DNA of 64,000 bases from Vulcanimicrobiota bacterium (lineage in GTDB: Bacteria; Vulcanimicrobiota; CADAWZ01; Ess09-12). This document shows positions 19,588 through 29,632 of this stretch, piece by piece; position 1 is the stretch's first letter, and the number at the start of each line of letters is the position of its first letter. Under the pieces are notes generated by a model that made no database searches, had not been told where the DNA came from, and was given only the letters and a program-made list of their open reading frames with translations. The stretch covers positions 1,478 to 65,477 of the forward strand of contig JAVHLM010000029.1 in the NCBI GenBank assembly GCA_031082125.1, read 5' to 3'. The translations under genes were made by a program, and so were the position numbers.

Positions 19588-21066
19588 TCAGGAGGGAGTC
19601 ACGGGAATCTCGAGGGAAAAGGTGGTCCCTTTCCCCTCGATGCTCTCCGCGGTTATTCTCCCGCCGTGCTTCTTTACCATCCTCTGGACTATGGCAAGAC
19701 CGATTCCCGTACCGGAGCTTTCCTTTCTCGCCTTGGGGGACCTGCTGAAGATATCAAAGACCTTCTTGATGAAAAAAGGCTCAATTCCCCACCCGTCGTC
19801 ACTGATAGTGAACCGGTGAAAGTCACGGTGCCGGTCGTACCTGACAGAAATAAGGCTGGCTCCGAACTTTGCGCCGTTCTCCAGCAGGTTGTGCAGGATG
19901 TGATGAAATGCCGAAGGGCGGACCATCATCAAGGGAAGCTCCCCTTCTGGCACTATCCTTACCCGGGCGAACCGGTCCTCGGCTTTTATCTGCATTGAGA
20001 TCTGCTCGAGCATGGCCTTCACGTCAACCTCGGCATAATGCTCCTCTTCCCTGTCGATGAGATAGTACCTGCGCAGATCGTCAATCATGGCAAGAGCCTC
20101 TCTTGAGCCTGACACAATCCGCGCCAGCATATCCTTTTCCTCATCGCAGAGCTTATTGGTGGCATGCTCTGCGAGAAGCCTGGAGAATTCCTGTATCGAG
20201 ATGAGGGGGGTCTTGAAGTCATGGGCGATGATATGGCCGAAGATCTCCATGTCTCTTACCTTTTCGGCAAGATCGCGCCTCAGCTGCCTCTCCCCCGAAA
20301 TATCCACCAGGGTGACCAGATAGCCCTTCACTGAGCCCTCTTCATCTATGTAAGGGGAAAAGAACGTTGCCACCTCTATGGTTCCCCCATCCTTCTCCAG
20401 GGCGACAAGGTCTTCATGCCACCTGCCTGCTATGGTTCCCAGGCCTATCCTTGTTACCAGGAGCTCCCGCGTGGCCTCAGAAAAAAAGGAGCATATATCG
20501 CGGCCCGCCATCTCCCTCTTTTCGAACCCCAGCAGGTTGGAAAAGTACTCGTTGGCATAATAAAGGGTCCCCGACCGGTCTATCACCAGGAACCCCACAA
20601 GGGCGGCATTCACCGCATTATAGAAAAAACTGAGCTTTTCTTCGTTTTCCTTTCTTGCCGTGATATCTTTTGTGATGGCGACGAAGCCCGCAGGCGCTCC
20701 CGACTCGCTGCACAGCGTGCTTGCAGTGAGCTCCCCGTAGAAGGTGGTGCCGTCCTTCCTTACCAGGAGATATTCAGCATCCTTCACAAGGCCCGACTCG
20801 AGGGCGATTGCAAGATTCCGGCGCGCCCGCTCATACTCAGAGGGGTGGATGAGATCAAAGGCGCTCCTGCCGAGTATTTCCCCCTCATCAGAAAAACCGT
20901 GACTTGTGAGGGTCCCCTTGCTCACTCTCTGAATTTTCCCTTCCAGATCGGTAATGACCACTGAATCATGAAAGGAGGCAAAAAGGGTGCCCAGGAGCAC
21001 CGGCAGGCTCCCGTGGGTGTGGCTCTCATCGACCCCACGCTCTATTTCCCTTGGCTTTCTCTCCAA
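19588..21066 (-). CDS. cytoplasmic PAS/PAC sensor histidine kinase (two PAS domains, HisKA, HATPase_c)
   Basis: H-box HIIAHDFKTPLISIQEFSRLL and ATP-binding G-boxes GTGIGLAIVQRMVKKHGGRI...GKGTTFSLEIP; no TM segments; no adjacent response regulator. Confidence 0.8.
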   Translation of the reverse strand: MERKPREIERGVDESHTHGSLPVLLGTLFASFHDSVVITDLEGKIQRVSKGTLTSHGFSDEGEILGRSAFDLIHPSEYERARRNLAIALESGLVKDAEYLLVRKDGTTFYGELTASTLCSESGAPAGFVAITKDITARKENEEKLSFFYNAVNAALVGFLVIDRSGTLYYANEYFSNLLGFEKREMAGRDICSFFSEATRELLVTRIGLGTIAGRWHEDLVALEKDGGTIEVATFFSPYIDEEGSVKGYLVTLVDISGERQLRRDLAEKVRDMEIFGHIIAHDFKTPLISIQEFSRLLAEHATNKLCDEEKDMLARIVSGSREALAMIDDLRRYYLIDREEEHYAEVDVKAMLEQISMQIKAEDRFARVRIVPEGELPLMMVRPSAFHHILHNLLENGAKFGASLISVRYDRHRDFHRFTISDDGWGIEPFFIKKVFDIFSRSPKARKESSGTGIGLAIVQRMVKKHGGRITAESIEGKGTTFSLEIPVTPS

Positions 21067-21343
21067 AACCCACCCTCTTCTCCATCTTCACCTCAGCGCG
21101 GCTCTCTCTTTCTATCCCGGAAAACCTCGAGGGCTTCTCCGGGAGGCTGAAGGGTCAGATTGCAAGATTTCCGCCTGTATAATGGGAAAACTCCTGGCAC
21201 AGCGAGGTCTGCTTTCAAGGAGAGATTCAACGGGAAAGGCCAAAGTCCTGTAAGGCAGTGGAGGGGTTTTATAAATATTCCTGGAATATAGGGAACAGGT
21301 CCGTCTACCCGGGACGCTCGGCGGCCTGGAAGAAAGGAGCGCG

Positions 21344-22288
21344 ATGAAAAGGATTCTTGTTACCGGCGGCGCCGGCTTCATAGGTTCGCACCTCGTGAGG
21401 GAGCTCTTGAAGCGCGGCCACGAAGTGCTCTGTGTCGATAACCTCTTCACAGGGTCAAAAGAGAACCTCAGGGAGCTCATGGGGGAAAGGAACTTTGAGT
21501 TCATCAGGCACGATATCATTGAGCCTCTCACCGTGGAAGTCGATGAAATCTATAACCTGGCGTGCCCTGCCTCGCCAATACACTATCAGTATAACCCCAT
21601 CAAGACCATCAAGTGCTCGACGCTCGGTATGATCAACATGCTCGGGCTTGCCAAGCGGGTCAAAGCCAGGATACTCCAGGCTTCGACCTCTGAGGTCTAC
21701 GGCGATCCCGAGGTCCATCCCCAGAAGGAGTCATACTGGGGAAATGTAAATCCCATAGGAATTCGCTCCTGTTATGACGAAGGCAAGCGCGTGGCTGAAT
21801 GCCTCTGCATGGATTACCACAGGATGAACGGTGTTGATGTAAAGATAGTGAGGATTTTCAACACCTACGGCCCCCAGATGGCCCAGAACGACGGGCGCGT
21901 CGTTTCCAATTTCCTGGTCCAGGCCCTCAAGAACGAGCCAATCACCATCTATGGCGACGGCACGCAGACAAGGAGCTTCATGTATGTCTCCGACCTTGTG
22001 GAGGGCCTCATCGCCATGATGGAGTGCCCCGCCTTCATCGGGCCGGTGAACCTGGGCAATCCCGAAGAGTATACCATAAAAGACATTGCAGAGCAGGTCA
22101 GCATAATCTGCCGATCTGGCTCCAGGATCATCCATGAGCCTCTCCCCCAGGATGATCCAAGACGCCGGAAGCCTGACATATCCCTGGCCCGGGAAAAGCT
22201 TGGCTGGAGCCCCAGGGTGACCCTCAATGAAGGCCTCGGGTACACGAAAGAGTACTTTGCGGCAAGGTTGAACCTCCAGAGACAATAA
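21344..22288 (+). CDS. uxs: UDP-glucuronate decarboxylase (UDP-xylose synthase)
   Basis: [42 protein letters not shown]...[11 protein letters not shown]... matches the UXS1/ArnA-decarboxylase subfamily of SDR enzymes nearly residue for residue. Confidence 0.85.
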   Translation: MKRILVTGGAGFIGSHLVRELLKRGHEVLCVDNLFTGSKENLRELMGERNFEFIRHDIIEPLTVEVDEIYNLACPASPIHYQYNPIKTIKCSTLGMINMLGLAKRVKARILQASTSEVYGDPEVHPQKESYWGNVNPIGIRSCYDEGKRVAECLCMDYHRMNGVDVKIVRIFNTYGPQMAQNDGRVVSNFLVQALKNEPITIYGDGTQTRSFMYVSDLVEGLIAMMECPAFIGPVNLGNPEEYTIKDIAEQVSIICRSGSRIIHEPLPQDDPRRRKPDISLAREKLGWSPRVTLNEGLGYTKEYFAARLNLQRQ

Positions 22289-22316
22289 CACCTGGCCTGA
22301 TATTCCGGAGCTTCTT

Positions 22317-23006
22317 ATGACCATAGGCATCCTTCAGCCCGGCTACCTTCCCTGGCTCGGCTTCTTCGAGCAGCTTTACAGGAGCGATCTCTTTGTCATT
22401 TATGATGACGTCACCTTTGACAAGGGAGGGTGGAGAAACCGCAACAGAATAAAGACCCCGGGGGGATGGTGCTGGCTCACTGTGCCCCTCGAGCAGGAAA
22501 ACCTCACGGCCACCCTGGTGAAAGACGTGAAAATCAATAACAGGACAGACTGGAAAAAGAAGCACCTCGCCTCGATAGCGCAATATTACCGAAAGGCGCG
22601 TTTTTTCACTGAGACCATAGGCATCTTTGAAGAGGCCTATGGAAAGCACTGGGAAATGCTCATTGATATCGACATGTTCTTTATCAGGAGGCTCATGGAG
22701 TTCCTTGAGATTGACAGGCCCCTCGTATGTTCTTCATCGCTGGCCATAGAGGGCGACAGGAATGGAAGGCTCATCTCACTGTGCATGCATTTCGGCGCCG
22801 ACAGGTTTTACGAGGGCAAGGCGGGGGCAGCCTATATCGAGGAGGAGAGATTCAGGAGCCACGGGATAGAAGTCCTCTTCCAGGAGTATGTCCACCCGGT
22901 CTATACCCAGCTTTACGGGGAGTTCGTGCCGTACCTCTCGGTGGCAGATCTTACCTTCAATCATGGAAAAGAAAGCCTCCCGATACTTCTCTCTCAGAGG
23001 AGGTAA
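22317..23006 (+). CDS. WbqC-like family protein (unknown function; occurs in O-antigen/glycan clusters)
   Basis: N-terminus MTIGILQPGYLPWLGFFEQ... is the characteristic WbqC-like signature; about 229 aa. Confidence 0.65.
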   Translation: MTIGILQPGYLPWLGFFEQLYRSDLFVIYDDVTFDKGGWRNRNRIKTPGGWCWLTVPLEQENLTATLVKDVKINNRTDWKKKHLASIAQYYRKARFFTETIGIFEEAYGKHWEMLIDIDMFFIRRLMEFLEIDRPLVCSSSLAIEGDRNGRLISLCMHFGADRFYEGKAGAAYIEEERFRSHGIEVLFQEYVHPVYTQLYGEFVPYLSVADLTFNHGKESLPILLSQRR

Positions 23007-23131
23007 AGCCCCGGGGGGAGAAGTATAAACGGGCACCACCACACCAGGTATAAAAAACGAGCCGCCACCGGGCGCCTGGCTTCTGGAAAGGTGCTTCATC
23101 ACGGTAATCTTAAGCATAAAGGAGCGTTTCA

Positions 23132-24163
23132 ATGAGCACCACAGTCCTCATCACCGGGGGAGCCGGCTTTATCGGCTCCAATTTCGTGCGGTATCTCCGC
23201 CAGAAATATCCCTCCTACACCATCGTTGTCCTTGATGCGCTCACCTACGCGGGAACAATGGACAACCTCCCGGGGAACATCAATGAGGTCGAGAATTTCT
23301 CTTTCTGGTACGGCAACGTGAGAAACTCCGAGCTGGTGGATACCCTCGTGGAACAGTCAGACATCGTGGTCCACTTTGCCGCCGAAACCCACGTGACACG
23401 CTCGATTTTTGACAACCTTCTCTTCTTCGAGACGGACATCCTCGGCACCCAGGCCGTGGCGAACGCCGTGGTGAACCATGCCAGAAAGGTAAAGCGGTTT
23501 ATCCATATCTCCACCTCGGAGGTGTACGGAACGGCCACCACCGAGGTCATGGACGAGGACCATCCCCTTCTCCCCATGAGCCCCTATGCGAGCGCCAAGG
23601 CAGGTGCCGACAGGCTTGTTTATTCCTACTGGGCCACCTATGACATACCGGCCGTCATTGTCCGCCCTTTCAATAACTTCGGCCCCCATCAGCACCTGGA
23701 GAAGGCCATTCCCCGGTTCATCACAAGCTGCCTGCTTGATGAGCCTCTCACTGTCCATGGCGACGGGAGCGCAGAGAGAGACTGGATCTTCGTGGAGGAT
23801 CACTGCAGGGCTCTCGATATGATAATACACTGCGATATCGAGAAAGTGAAAGGCCAGGTCATCAATATCGGCACGTGCAGGAGCGTGAGCATAATGGATA
23901 TCGCTTCCCTCATCGTGAAGAAGATGGGGAGGCCCCAGTCAATGATCACCTCCATCTCGGACAGGCCGGGCCAGGTGTTCCGCCATACGGCCGCTATCGG
24001 CAAGGCAAAAAGTATCCTGGGGTGGGAGCCTGAATTCACGCTGGAAGAGGGACTTGACAGGACCATCGAGTGGTACTCGCATAACATGAAGTGGTGGGAA
24101 AAACAGCTCTGGATGCGCCATATCCCTATCATCACAAGGGACGGAAAAAAGAGCATGCATTAA
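23132..24163 (+). CDS. rfbB: dTDP-glucose 4,6-dehydratase (RfbB-type NDP-sugar dehydratase)
   Basis: [43 protein letters not shown] (YxxxK) fit RfbB rather than epimerases. Confidence 0.75.
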   Translation: MSTTVLITGGAGFIGSNFVRYLRQKYPSYTIVVLDALTYAGTMDNLPGNINEVENFSFWYGNVRNSELVDTLVEQSDIVVHFAAETHVTRSIFDNLLFFETDILGTQAVANAVVNHARKVKRFIHISTSEVYGTATTEVMDEDHPLLPMSPYASAKAGADRLVYSYWATYDIPAVIVRPFNNFGPHQHLEKAIPRFITSCLLDEPLTVHGDGSAERDWIFVEDHCRALDMIIHCDIEKVKGQVINIGTCRSVSIMDIASLIVKKMGRPQSMITSISDRPGQVFRHTAAIGKAKSILGWEPEFTLEEGLDRTIEWYSHNMKWWEKQLWMRHIPIITRDGKKSMH

Positions 24164-24166
24164 GGT

Positions 24167-25060
24167 ATGCCGGAAAAGAGCCCGCAGGGAAAGAAGGTAA
24201 TCATTGTGACGGCAGTAAGCATAAACGGCACCATCACGGCGGCAGAGGAAGCGAAGATACCGGTCTTCGATCATGGCTTTCTTTATGGAGACAGCATTTA
24301 TGAGACCATCAGAACGTACGGGAAAGCGCCATTTCTGCTGAAAGAGCACCTTGAGCGCCTCGCGCGGTCCGGCCAGGCCATAGAACTCACCATCCCCTTC
24401 ACCCTCGAGGAGTGTGCCGCCGAGATGAAGCGCCTGGCTCACCACGTTGAGGCCGAAGAGTATCTCTACAGGGTCATGGTGACGCGGGGTGAGGGCAAGC
24501 CGGGTTACCGCCTCGATAAGCTCCAGAAGCCCACGACAGTGATGATATGCTTTGAGTTCAAGGGCTTCTCCCCGGAATATTACCGGAAAGGAATTACCCT
24601 TTACACTGCCACGGTAAAACGCAATGACGTGGCATGCCTGAACCCCGCCATCAAGTCGGGCAACCTGCTCAATGTGAGGCTGGCCTACATGGACGCCCAC
24701 AGGAAGGGAGGCGACGAGGCCCTCATGCTCAATCTCAACAACGAGATAGCTGAGTGCTCGTCAAGCAACGTGTTTTTTGTCAGAGAAGGCGTTCTTCTCA
24801 CGCCTGCACTCGAGTCAGGCCTCCTGCCCGGAATTACGCGTCAGTTCATTCTCAGGCTCGCCCTGGAGATCGGCATCACTGCCCGGGAAGAGCGCCTCCC
24901 TGCCGACATCATCAGTGGATGCAGCGAGTGCTTTGTCTCGAGCACCATCAAGGCGCTCCTCCCTGTCCGGAAGGTTGACGAGACTCTCTTTGCCTGCCCG
25001 GGAGAGATCACGGGAAGGCTCATGGAAGCCTTCGGCAGGGCAACGAGGCAATCAGGATAG
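24167..25060 (+). CDS. PLP fold-type IV (class IV) aminotransferase (BCAT/D-amino-acid aminotransferase/ADC-lyase family)
   Basis: PVFDHGFLYGDSIYETIRTY, EHLERLARS, ...NVFFVREGVLLTPALESGLLPGITR are class-IV hallmarks. Confidence 0.7.
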   Translation: MPEKSPQGKKVIIVTAVSINGTITAAEEAKIPVFDHGFLYGDSIYETIRTYGKAPFLLKEHLERLARSGQAIELTIPFTLEECAAEMKRLAHHVEAEEYLYRVMVTRGEGKPGYRLDKLQKPTTVMICFEFKGFSPEYYRKGITLYTATVKRNDVACLNPAIKSGNLLNVRLAYMDAHRKGGDEALMLNLNNEIAECSSSNVFFVREGVLLTPALESGLLPGITRQFILRLALEIGITAREERLPADIISGCSECFVSSTIKALLPVRKVDETLFACPGEITGRLMEAFGRATRQSG

Positions 25061-25096
25061 AGACAAGCGAAAAAAGCTCCGCACAGAAAGAGAGGT

Positions 25097-27667
25097 ATGA
25101 TCACAGTGAAGAAAAGTTCATCGACAGGCACCGCACCCTCGCCGGACCCGAAAAGAGAGGCATTCTGGGCACTCATGGAGGACTTCCTGGATTTGGACAG
25201 GGCCAGCATTGAGCGCTTCATGGCAAATCACATGGAGTACACCCAGGGCAAGGAAAAATTCACCTCCAGGGACATCGACTTTTACATGAGCCTCGCCTAC
25301 ACGGTGAGAGACTATCTCATGGAGCGCTCCAACAACTCTCACCACCATTATTACGGTGAAAACGCGAAGCGCGTCTATTACCTCTCGATGGAATACCTTA
25401 TGGGGAGAACACTGGGGAACGCCCTGGTGAACCTGGGCATGTACGACCTGGCAAAAGACACCCTTGCCCGGTATGACCTGGATATGGAGGAGCTCATGAA
25501 CTTCGAGCCCGATGCCGGCCTGGGCAACGGGGGCCTCGGAAGGCTCGCCGCCTGCTTCCTGGACTCGATGGCCACCCTCTCCATCCCCTCCTTCGGCTAC
25601 GGCATCCACTACGACTACGGCATCTTCAACCAGAAAATCAAGGACGGCTTCCAGGTGGAGCTTCCCGACAACTGGCTGAAATTCGGTAATCCCTGGGAAA
25701 CCCTGAGGCAGGATTACACTTATGTCATCGAGATAAGCGGCCGTGTGATCCAATACACGGACAACAAAGGAAGTCTCCGGCATGACTGGGTTGACACCAG
25801 AAAGGCTCTTGCTGTGCCCTATGATACACCGATTCCCGGCTACGGCAACTTCACGGCCAATACGCTCCGGCTCTGGTCGGCTAGGGCCATCCACGAGTTC
25901 AACCTCGAGAAGTTCAACGAAGGAGATTACATGCTTGCGGTCCAGGAGAGGAGCCTCGCGGAGACCATCACCCGCGTCCTCTACCCCAAGGACGACCAGA
26001 TCAAGGGGAAGACCCTGAGGCTCATCCAGGAATACTTCTTTGTATCGGCATCGCTCCAGGACATCATCAGGCGCCACAAGGTGAAGAACCGCTCGCTTGA
26101 CAACCTGGAGAAAAAGGCGGCCATCCAGCTCAACGACACCCACCCCGCCCTTGCCATTGCCGAGCTGATGAGGATCCTTGTGGACAAGGAGGGCTACGGA
26201 TGGGAGAAGGCCTGGGACATAGTCCAGGGGACCATAGGCTATACCAACCACACGGTGCTCCCCGAGGCCCTCGAGAGATGGCCCGTCTCCCTGATGGAGG
26301 AGATACTGCCCCGCCATCTCCAGATTATTTACGAGATCAACAGGCGCCACCTGGATGAGGTGAGCGTCCGCTTCCCCGGTGATACGGGCCGCCTTGCAAG
26401 GATGTCCATCATCGAGGAGACTCCCGAGAAGGCCGTGCGCATGGGGCACCTGGCCGTCGTGGGAAGCCACTCGGTGAACGGCGTGGCGGAGCTTCATTCC
26501 CAGATCCTTGTCGAGTCGGTCTTCAAGGACTTTGCCGAGCTGTGGCCTGAAAAATTCAGCAACAAGACCAACGGGATCACCCAGCGGCGCTGGCTGCTGC
26601 TCTGCAACCCCGAGCTCGCCGCGCTGACCTCCAGGACCATAGGCGACGGCTGGGTAAAGGATCTCTTCCAGCTGAGGGAGATGGAAAAGTCTGCAAAAGA
26701 CGAAAAATTCAGGCGTGCCTGGAGGGAGATCAAGCAGAACAACAAGAAGAGGCTCGCGGAATACGTGGAGAAGACCATGGGCATCACCCTGAACACCGAA
26801 TCAATATTTGACTCCCAGATCAAGAGGGTCCACGAGTACAAGAGGCAGCTCCTCAATGTGCTCCATACCATCACCCTTTACCACCGCATCAAGAACAATC
26901 CCGGAGGGGATTTTGTGCCACGCACAAAGATCTTCTCAGGGAAGGCGGCACCGGGGTACTTCATGGCGAAGCTGATCATCAAGCTCATTAACGCCGTGGC
27001 TGAAGTGGTGAACAACGATCCCGACATGGGCGACATGCTCAAGGTGGTCTTCATGGAGAATTACAGCGTGACGCTCGCCGAGCTGATAATCCCCGCCTCG
27101 GACCTCTCGGAGCAGATTTCCACCGCCGGCATGGAGGCGTCAGGGACAGGGAACATGAAGCTCTCCCTCAACGGCGCCCTCACCATAGGGACGCTTGACG
27201 GTGCCACCATCGAGATCAGGGAAGAGGTCGGCGACGAGAACATCTTCATCTTTGGCCTCACGGCCCAGGAGGTCCAGGAGCTCAGGGCCTCGGGGTATGA
27301 TCCCTTCCAGGAGGTGCACGACAACGATGAGCTGAGGGCATCACTTGAGATGATTTCCACAGGGCTCTTCTCCGGTGGCGACAGGGAGCTCTTCAAGCCT
27401 CTCCTTGATTCGCTGCTGGGAAAGGGTGACTTCTTCCTGGTGCTCAAGGACTATGCCTCCTATATCGCCTGCCAGGAGAAAGTGAATCTCTTCTTCAGAA
27501 ACCAGCAGAAATGGACCGAGATGTCTATCCTGAACACCTGCCGCATGGGCAAATTCTCGAGTGACAGGACCATCAGCGAATACAACGGTGAGATCTGGAA
27601 GGCCGAGCCGGTGGTCATTGAGCAGAAGCGCCGGCCCTCGCGAGAGCCGGCCTGCTCAAAGCGATGA
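25097..27667 (+). CDS. glgP: alpha-glucan (glycogen/maltodextrin) phosphorylase
   Basis: 856 aa; PLP-lysine region EASGTGNMKLSLNGALTIGTLDGATIEI; conserved GT35 family blocks throughout. Confidence 0.9.
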   Translation: MITVKKSSSTGTAPSPDPKREAFWALMEDFLDLDRASIERFMANHMEYTQGKEKFTSRDIDFYMSLAYTVRDYLMERSNNSHHHYYGENAKRVYYLSMEYLMGRTLGNALVNLGMYDLAKDTLARYDLDMEELMNFEPDAGLGNGGLGRLAACFLDSMATLSIPSFGYGIHYDYGIFNQKIKDGFQVELPDNWLKFGNPWETLRQDYTYVIEISGRVIQYTDNKGSLRHDWVDTRKALAVPYDTPIPGYGNFTANTLRLWSARAIHEFNLEKFNEGDYMLAVQERSLAETITRVLYPKDDQIKGKTLRLIQEYFFVSASLQDIIRRHKVKNRSLDNLEKKAAIQLNDTHPALAIAELMRILVDKEGYGWEKAWDIVQGTIGYTNHTVLPEALERWPVSLMEEILPRHLQIIYEINRRHLDEVSVRFPGDTGRLARMSIIEETPEKAVRMGHLAVVGSHSVNGVAELHSQILVESVFKDFAELWPEKFSNKTNGITQRRWLLLCNPELAALTSRTIGDGWVKDLFQLREMEKSAKDEKFRRAWREIKQNNKKRLAEYVEKTMGITLNTESIFDSQIKRVHEYKRQLLNVLHTITLYHRIKNNPGGDFVPRTKIFSGKAAPGYFMAKLIIKLINAVAEVVNNDPDMGDMLKVVFMENYSVTLAELIIPASDLSEQISTAGMEASGTGNMKLSLNGALTIGTLDGATIEIREEVGDENIFIFGLTAQEVQELRASGYDPFQEVHDNDELRASLEMISTGLFSGGDRELFKPLLDSLLGKGDFFLVLKDYASYIACQEKVNLFFRNQQKWTEMSILNTCRMGKFSSDRTISEYNGEIWKAEPVVIEQKRRPSREPACSKR

Positions 27668-28815
27668 AGATAGCCGATTTCAGGCTCGAGCGGTTTTTTG
27701 CCCGCCACGAGTTCAGCGCCCCTTATCTTCTCTGCTCTTCCGACTGCGAAAGCTGGTCGGTGGAGGAACTCCTCTCCCTGGAGGAGGGGAGCCTGAGCGA
27801 GCTGCGGGCCCTGCGGCTCGGCTACACGGAGTCCCTGGGGCACCCCGCTCTCAGGGAGGAGCTGGCGCGCCTCTATGAGAGGATGGGCGCCGATGATATC
27901 ATTGTCTTCTCCGGCGCCGAGGAGGCAATTTTCATCTTCATGAACGTGGCCCTCGGCAAAGGCGATCACGTCATCGTGCAGTTCCCGGCGTACCAGTCAC
28001 TCTATGAGGTGGCGGACTCCATAGGGTGCCGTGTCACCCGCTGGGTAATGGATGAGCGCAAGGGGCTGTGGCACCTGGATATGGACCTCCTGGAGAGACT
28101 GATCGAGAAAGATACCAGGGCCATTATCATCAATACGCCCCACAATCCCACGGGCCACCTCATGCTCCGCGCAGATTACGAAAGGCTCATTGAGATAGCA
28201 GCGCAGAAGGGCATCACCCTCTTCTGCGACGAGGTGTACCGCATGCTGGAACATGACTGTTCCTTGCGGCTCCCTGCCCTCTGCGACTGCCTTGACAAGG
28301 GCATATCACTGGGAGTCATGTCAAAATCCCTCGGGCTTGCGGGCCTCAGGATAGGATGGGTTGCGACCGCTGACAGGGACCTGAGGCGGAAAATGGCTTC
28401 CTTCAAGGATTACACCACAATCTGCAGCAGCGCTCCCTCGGAGCTCCTCTCGATGATTGCCCTCAGGAACAGGGATAAGCTCCTGGCGCGGAATCTATCA
28501 ATCATATCCCTCAACATGGAGCTTCTGTCAGGATTCTTCAGGGAATACGGGCACCTCTTCAGGTGGGCTCCCCCCCGTGCAGGGTCCATTGCCTTCCCCT
28601 CGCTGCTCTTTGAAAAAAATGTGCTGGATTTCGTGACAGACCTTGTGGAGAAAAAAGGCGTGCTGCTCATGCCGGGCACCCATTACGACTTTGACGAGAG
28701 GCACTTCCGCATAGGCTTCGGCAGAAGGAACATGCCGGAAGCCCTGGGCCGTCTTGAGGAATACGTGAAGGAGCAGCTTGCAGGTCAGGCCGGCCCCCGG
28801 GGGCTCGATAATTGA
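27664..28815 (+). CDS. class I/II PLP-dependent aminotransferase
   Basis: 383 aa; fold-type I motifs (..IINTPHNPTG.., ..SKSLGLAGLRIGW..); 4-nt overlap with glgP stop. Confidence 0.65.
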   Translation: MKIADFRLERFFARHEFSAPYLLCSSDCESWSVEELLSLEEGSLSELRALRLGYTESLGHPALREELARLYERMGADDIIVFSGAEEAIFIFMNVALGKGDHVIVQFPAYQSLYEVADSIGCRVTRWVMDERKGLWHLDMDLLERLIEKDTRAIIINTPHNPTGHLMLRADYERLIEIAAQKGITLFCDEVYRMLEHDCSLRLPALCDCLDKGISLGVMSKSLGLAGLRIGWVATADRDLRRKMASFKDYTTICSSAPSELLSMIALRNRDKLLARNLSIISLNMELLSGFFREYGHLFRWAPPRAGSIAFPSLLFEKNVLDFVTDLVEKKGVLLMPGTHYDFDERHFRIGFGRRNMPEALGRLEEYVKEQLAGQAGPRGLDN

Positions 28816-29627
28816 GCTGCCGCCGCATGCACGTTGCCTTCATGGGCTTCCCTGTAAAAATCACTGAGGACGGACTTCCTCCCGAGGCACTCCTCCACAG
28901 CCACGTTCAAAGGCTCAGGCTCCTTCCCCTCTTTGATGAGCTTCTTCACGATGCTCCTGAGCCTTGAAAGATACTCTCTGTTATCATCTGCCAGGGAGGG
29001 ATCGGTCCTCTCCCCATGGCCGGGAAAGACCTGGCGGGGCTTCCATTTCCTGAGCCTCCCGAGGTTTCTTATAAACAGGTCAAGCGAGGTGCCGGGACCT
29101 CCCTCATGGGCCAGGGGGAAGGGATCTTCCACCATGTCGCCGGCAAGGCACACGTGGGAAGGCTCGAGAAAGACCACGAGGGAGTCCCGTGAATGGCCGG
29201 GCAGGTGCTCAAGAACGACATCGACGGTACCGTCGCTTATGGTGAGGCGCCGTGAGAAGGTGATGCCGGGAAGCACTATGGTCACCCTGCCTTTCTCCCA
29301 GTCAGGGCTGCTCTTCCTGTAGGAATCAAGGGTGGCCTGGGCGCTTTCTCTCATCATGGCGAGGCACTCTTCCTGGGCAATCACCACCGCAGCGTCCCCA
29401 AATGCGCAGTTTCCCCAGACATGGTCAAAGTGATGGTGAGTGTTCACTATAAAAAGAGAGCGCTTCCCGCCGCGGGATTTCATATAATCCAGGAAAGGCA
29501 CCATACTGGCAGGACCCATGAAGGTGTCCACCACAATGAAGAGGCTTTCTGTCTCAATAAGAAAGCAGTTCGCATTAAAAAGATCGGGAAACTTCAGCAC
29601 ATGGAGCTGGTCTCCAATTTTTTCCAT
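28785..29627 (-). CDS. MBL-fold metallo-hydrolase
   Basis: HxHxDH motif FIVNTHHHFDHVWGN plus downstream His/Asp ligands. Confidence 0.75.
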   Translation of the reverse strand: MEKIGDQLHVLKFPDLFNANCFLIETESLFIVVDTFMGPASMVPFLDYMKSRGGKRSLFIVNTHHHFDHVWGNCAFGDAAVVIAQEECLAMMRESAQATLDSYRKSSPDWEKGRVTIVLPGITFSRRLTISDGTVDVVLEHLPGHSRDSLVVFLEPSHVCLAGDMVEDPFPLAHEGGPGTSLDLFIRNLGRLRKWKPRQVFPGHGERTDPSLADDNREYLSRLRSIVKKLIKEGKEPEPLNVAVEECLGRKSVLSDFYREAHEGNVHAAAAQLSSPRGPA

Positions 29628-29632
29628 AAGAG

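Noticed and set aside
25118-26497. 459-aa minus-strand ORF inside glgP
   Set aside because: glgP has unmistakable family motifs on the plus strand, and the antisense ORF is Gly/Val/Asp-rich nonsense.
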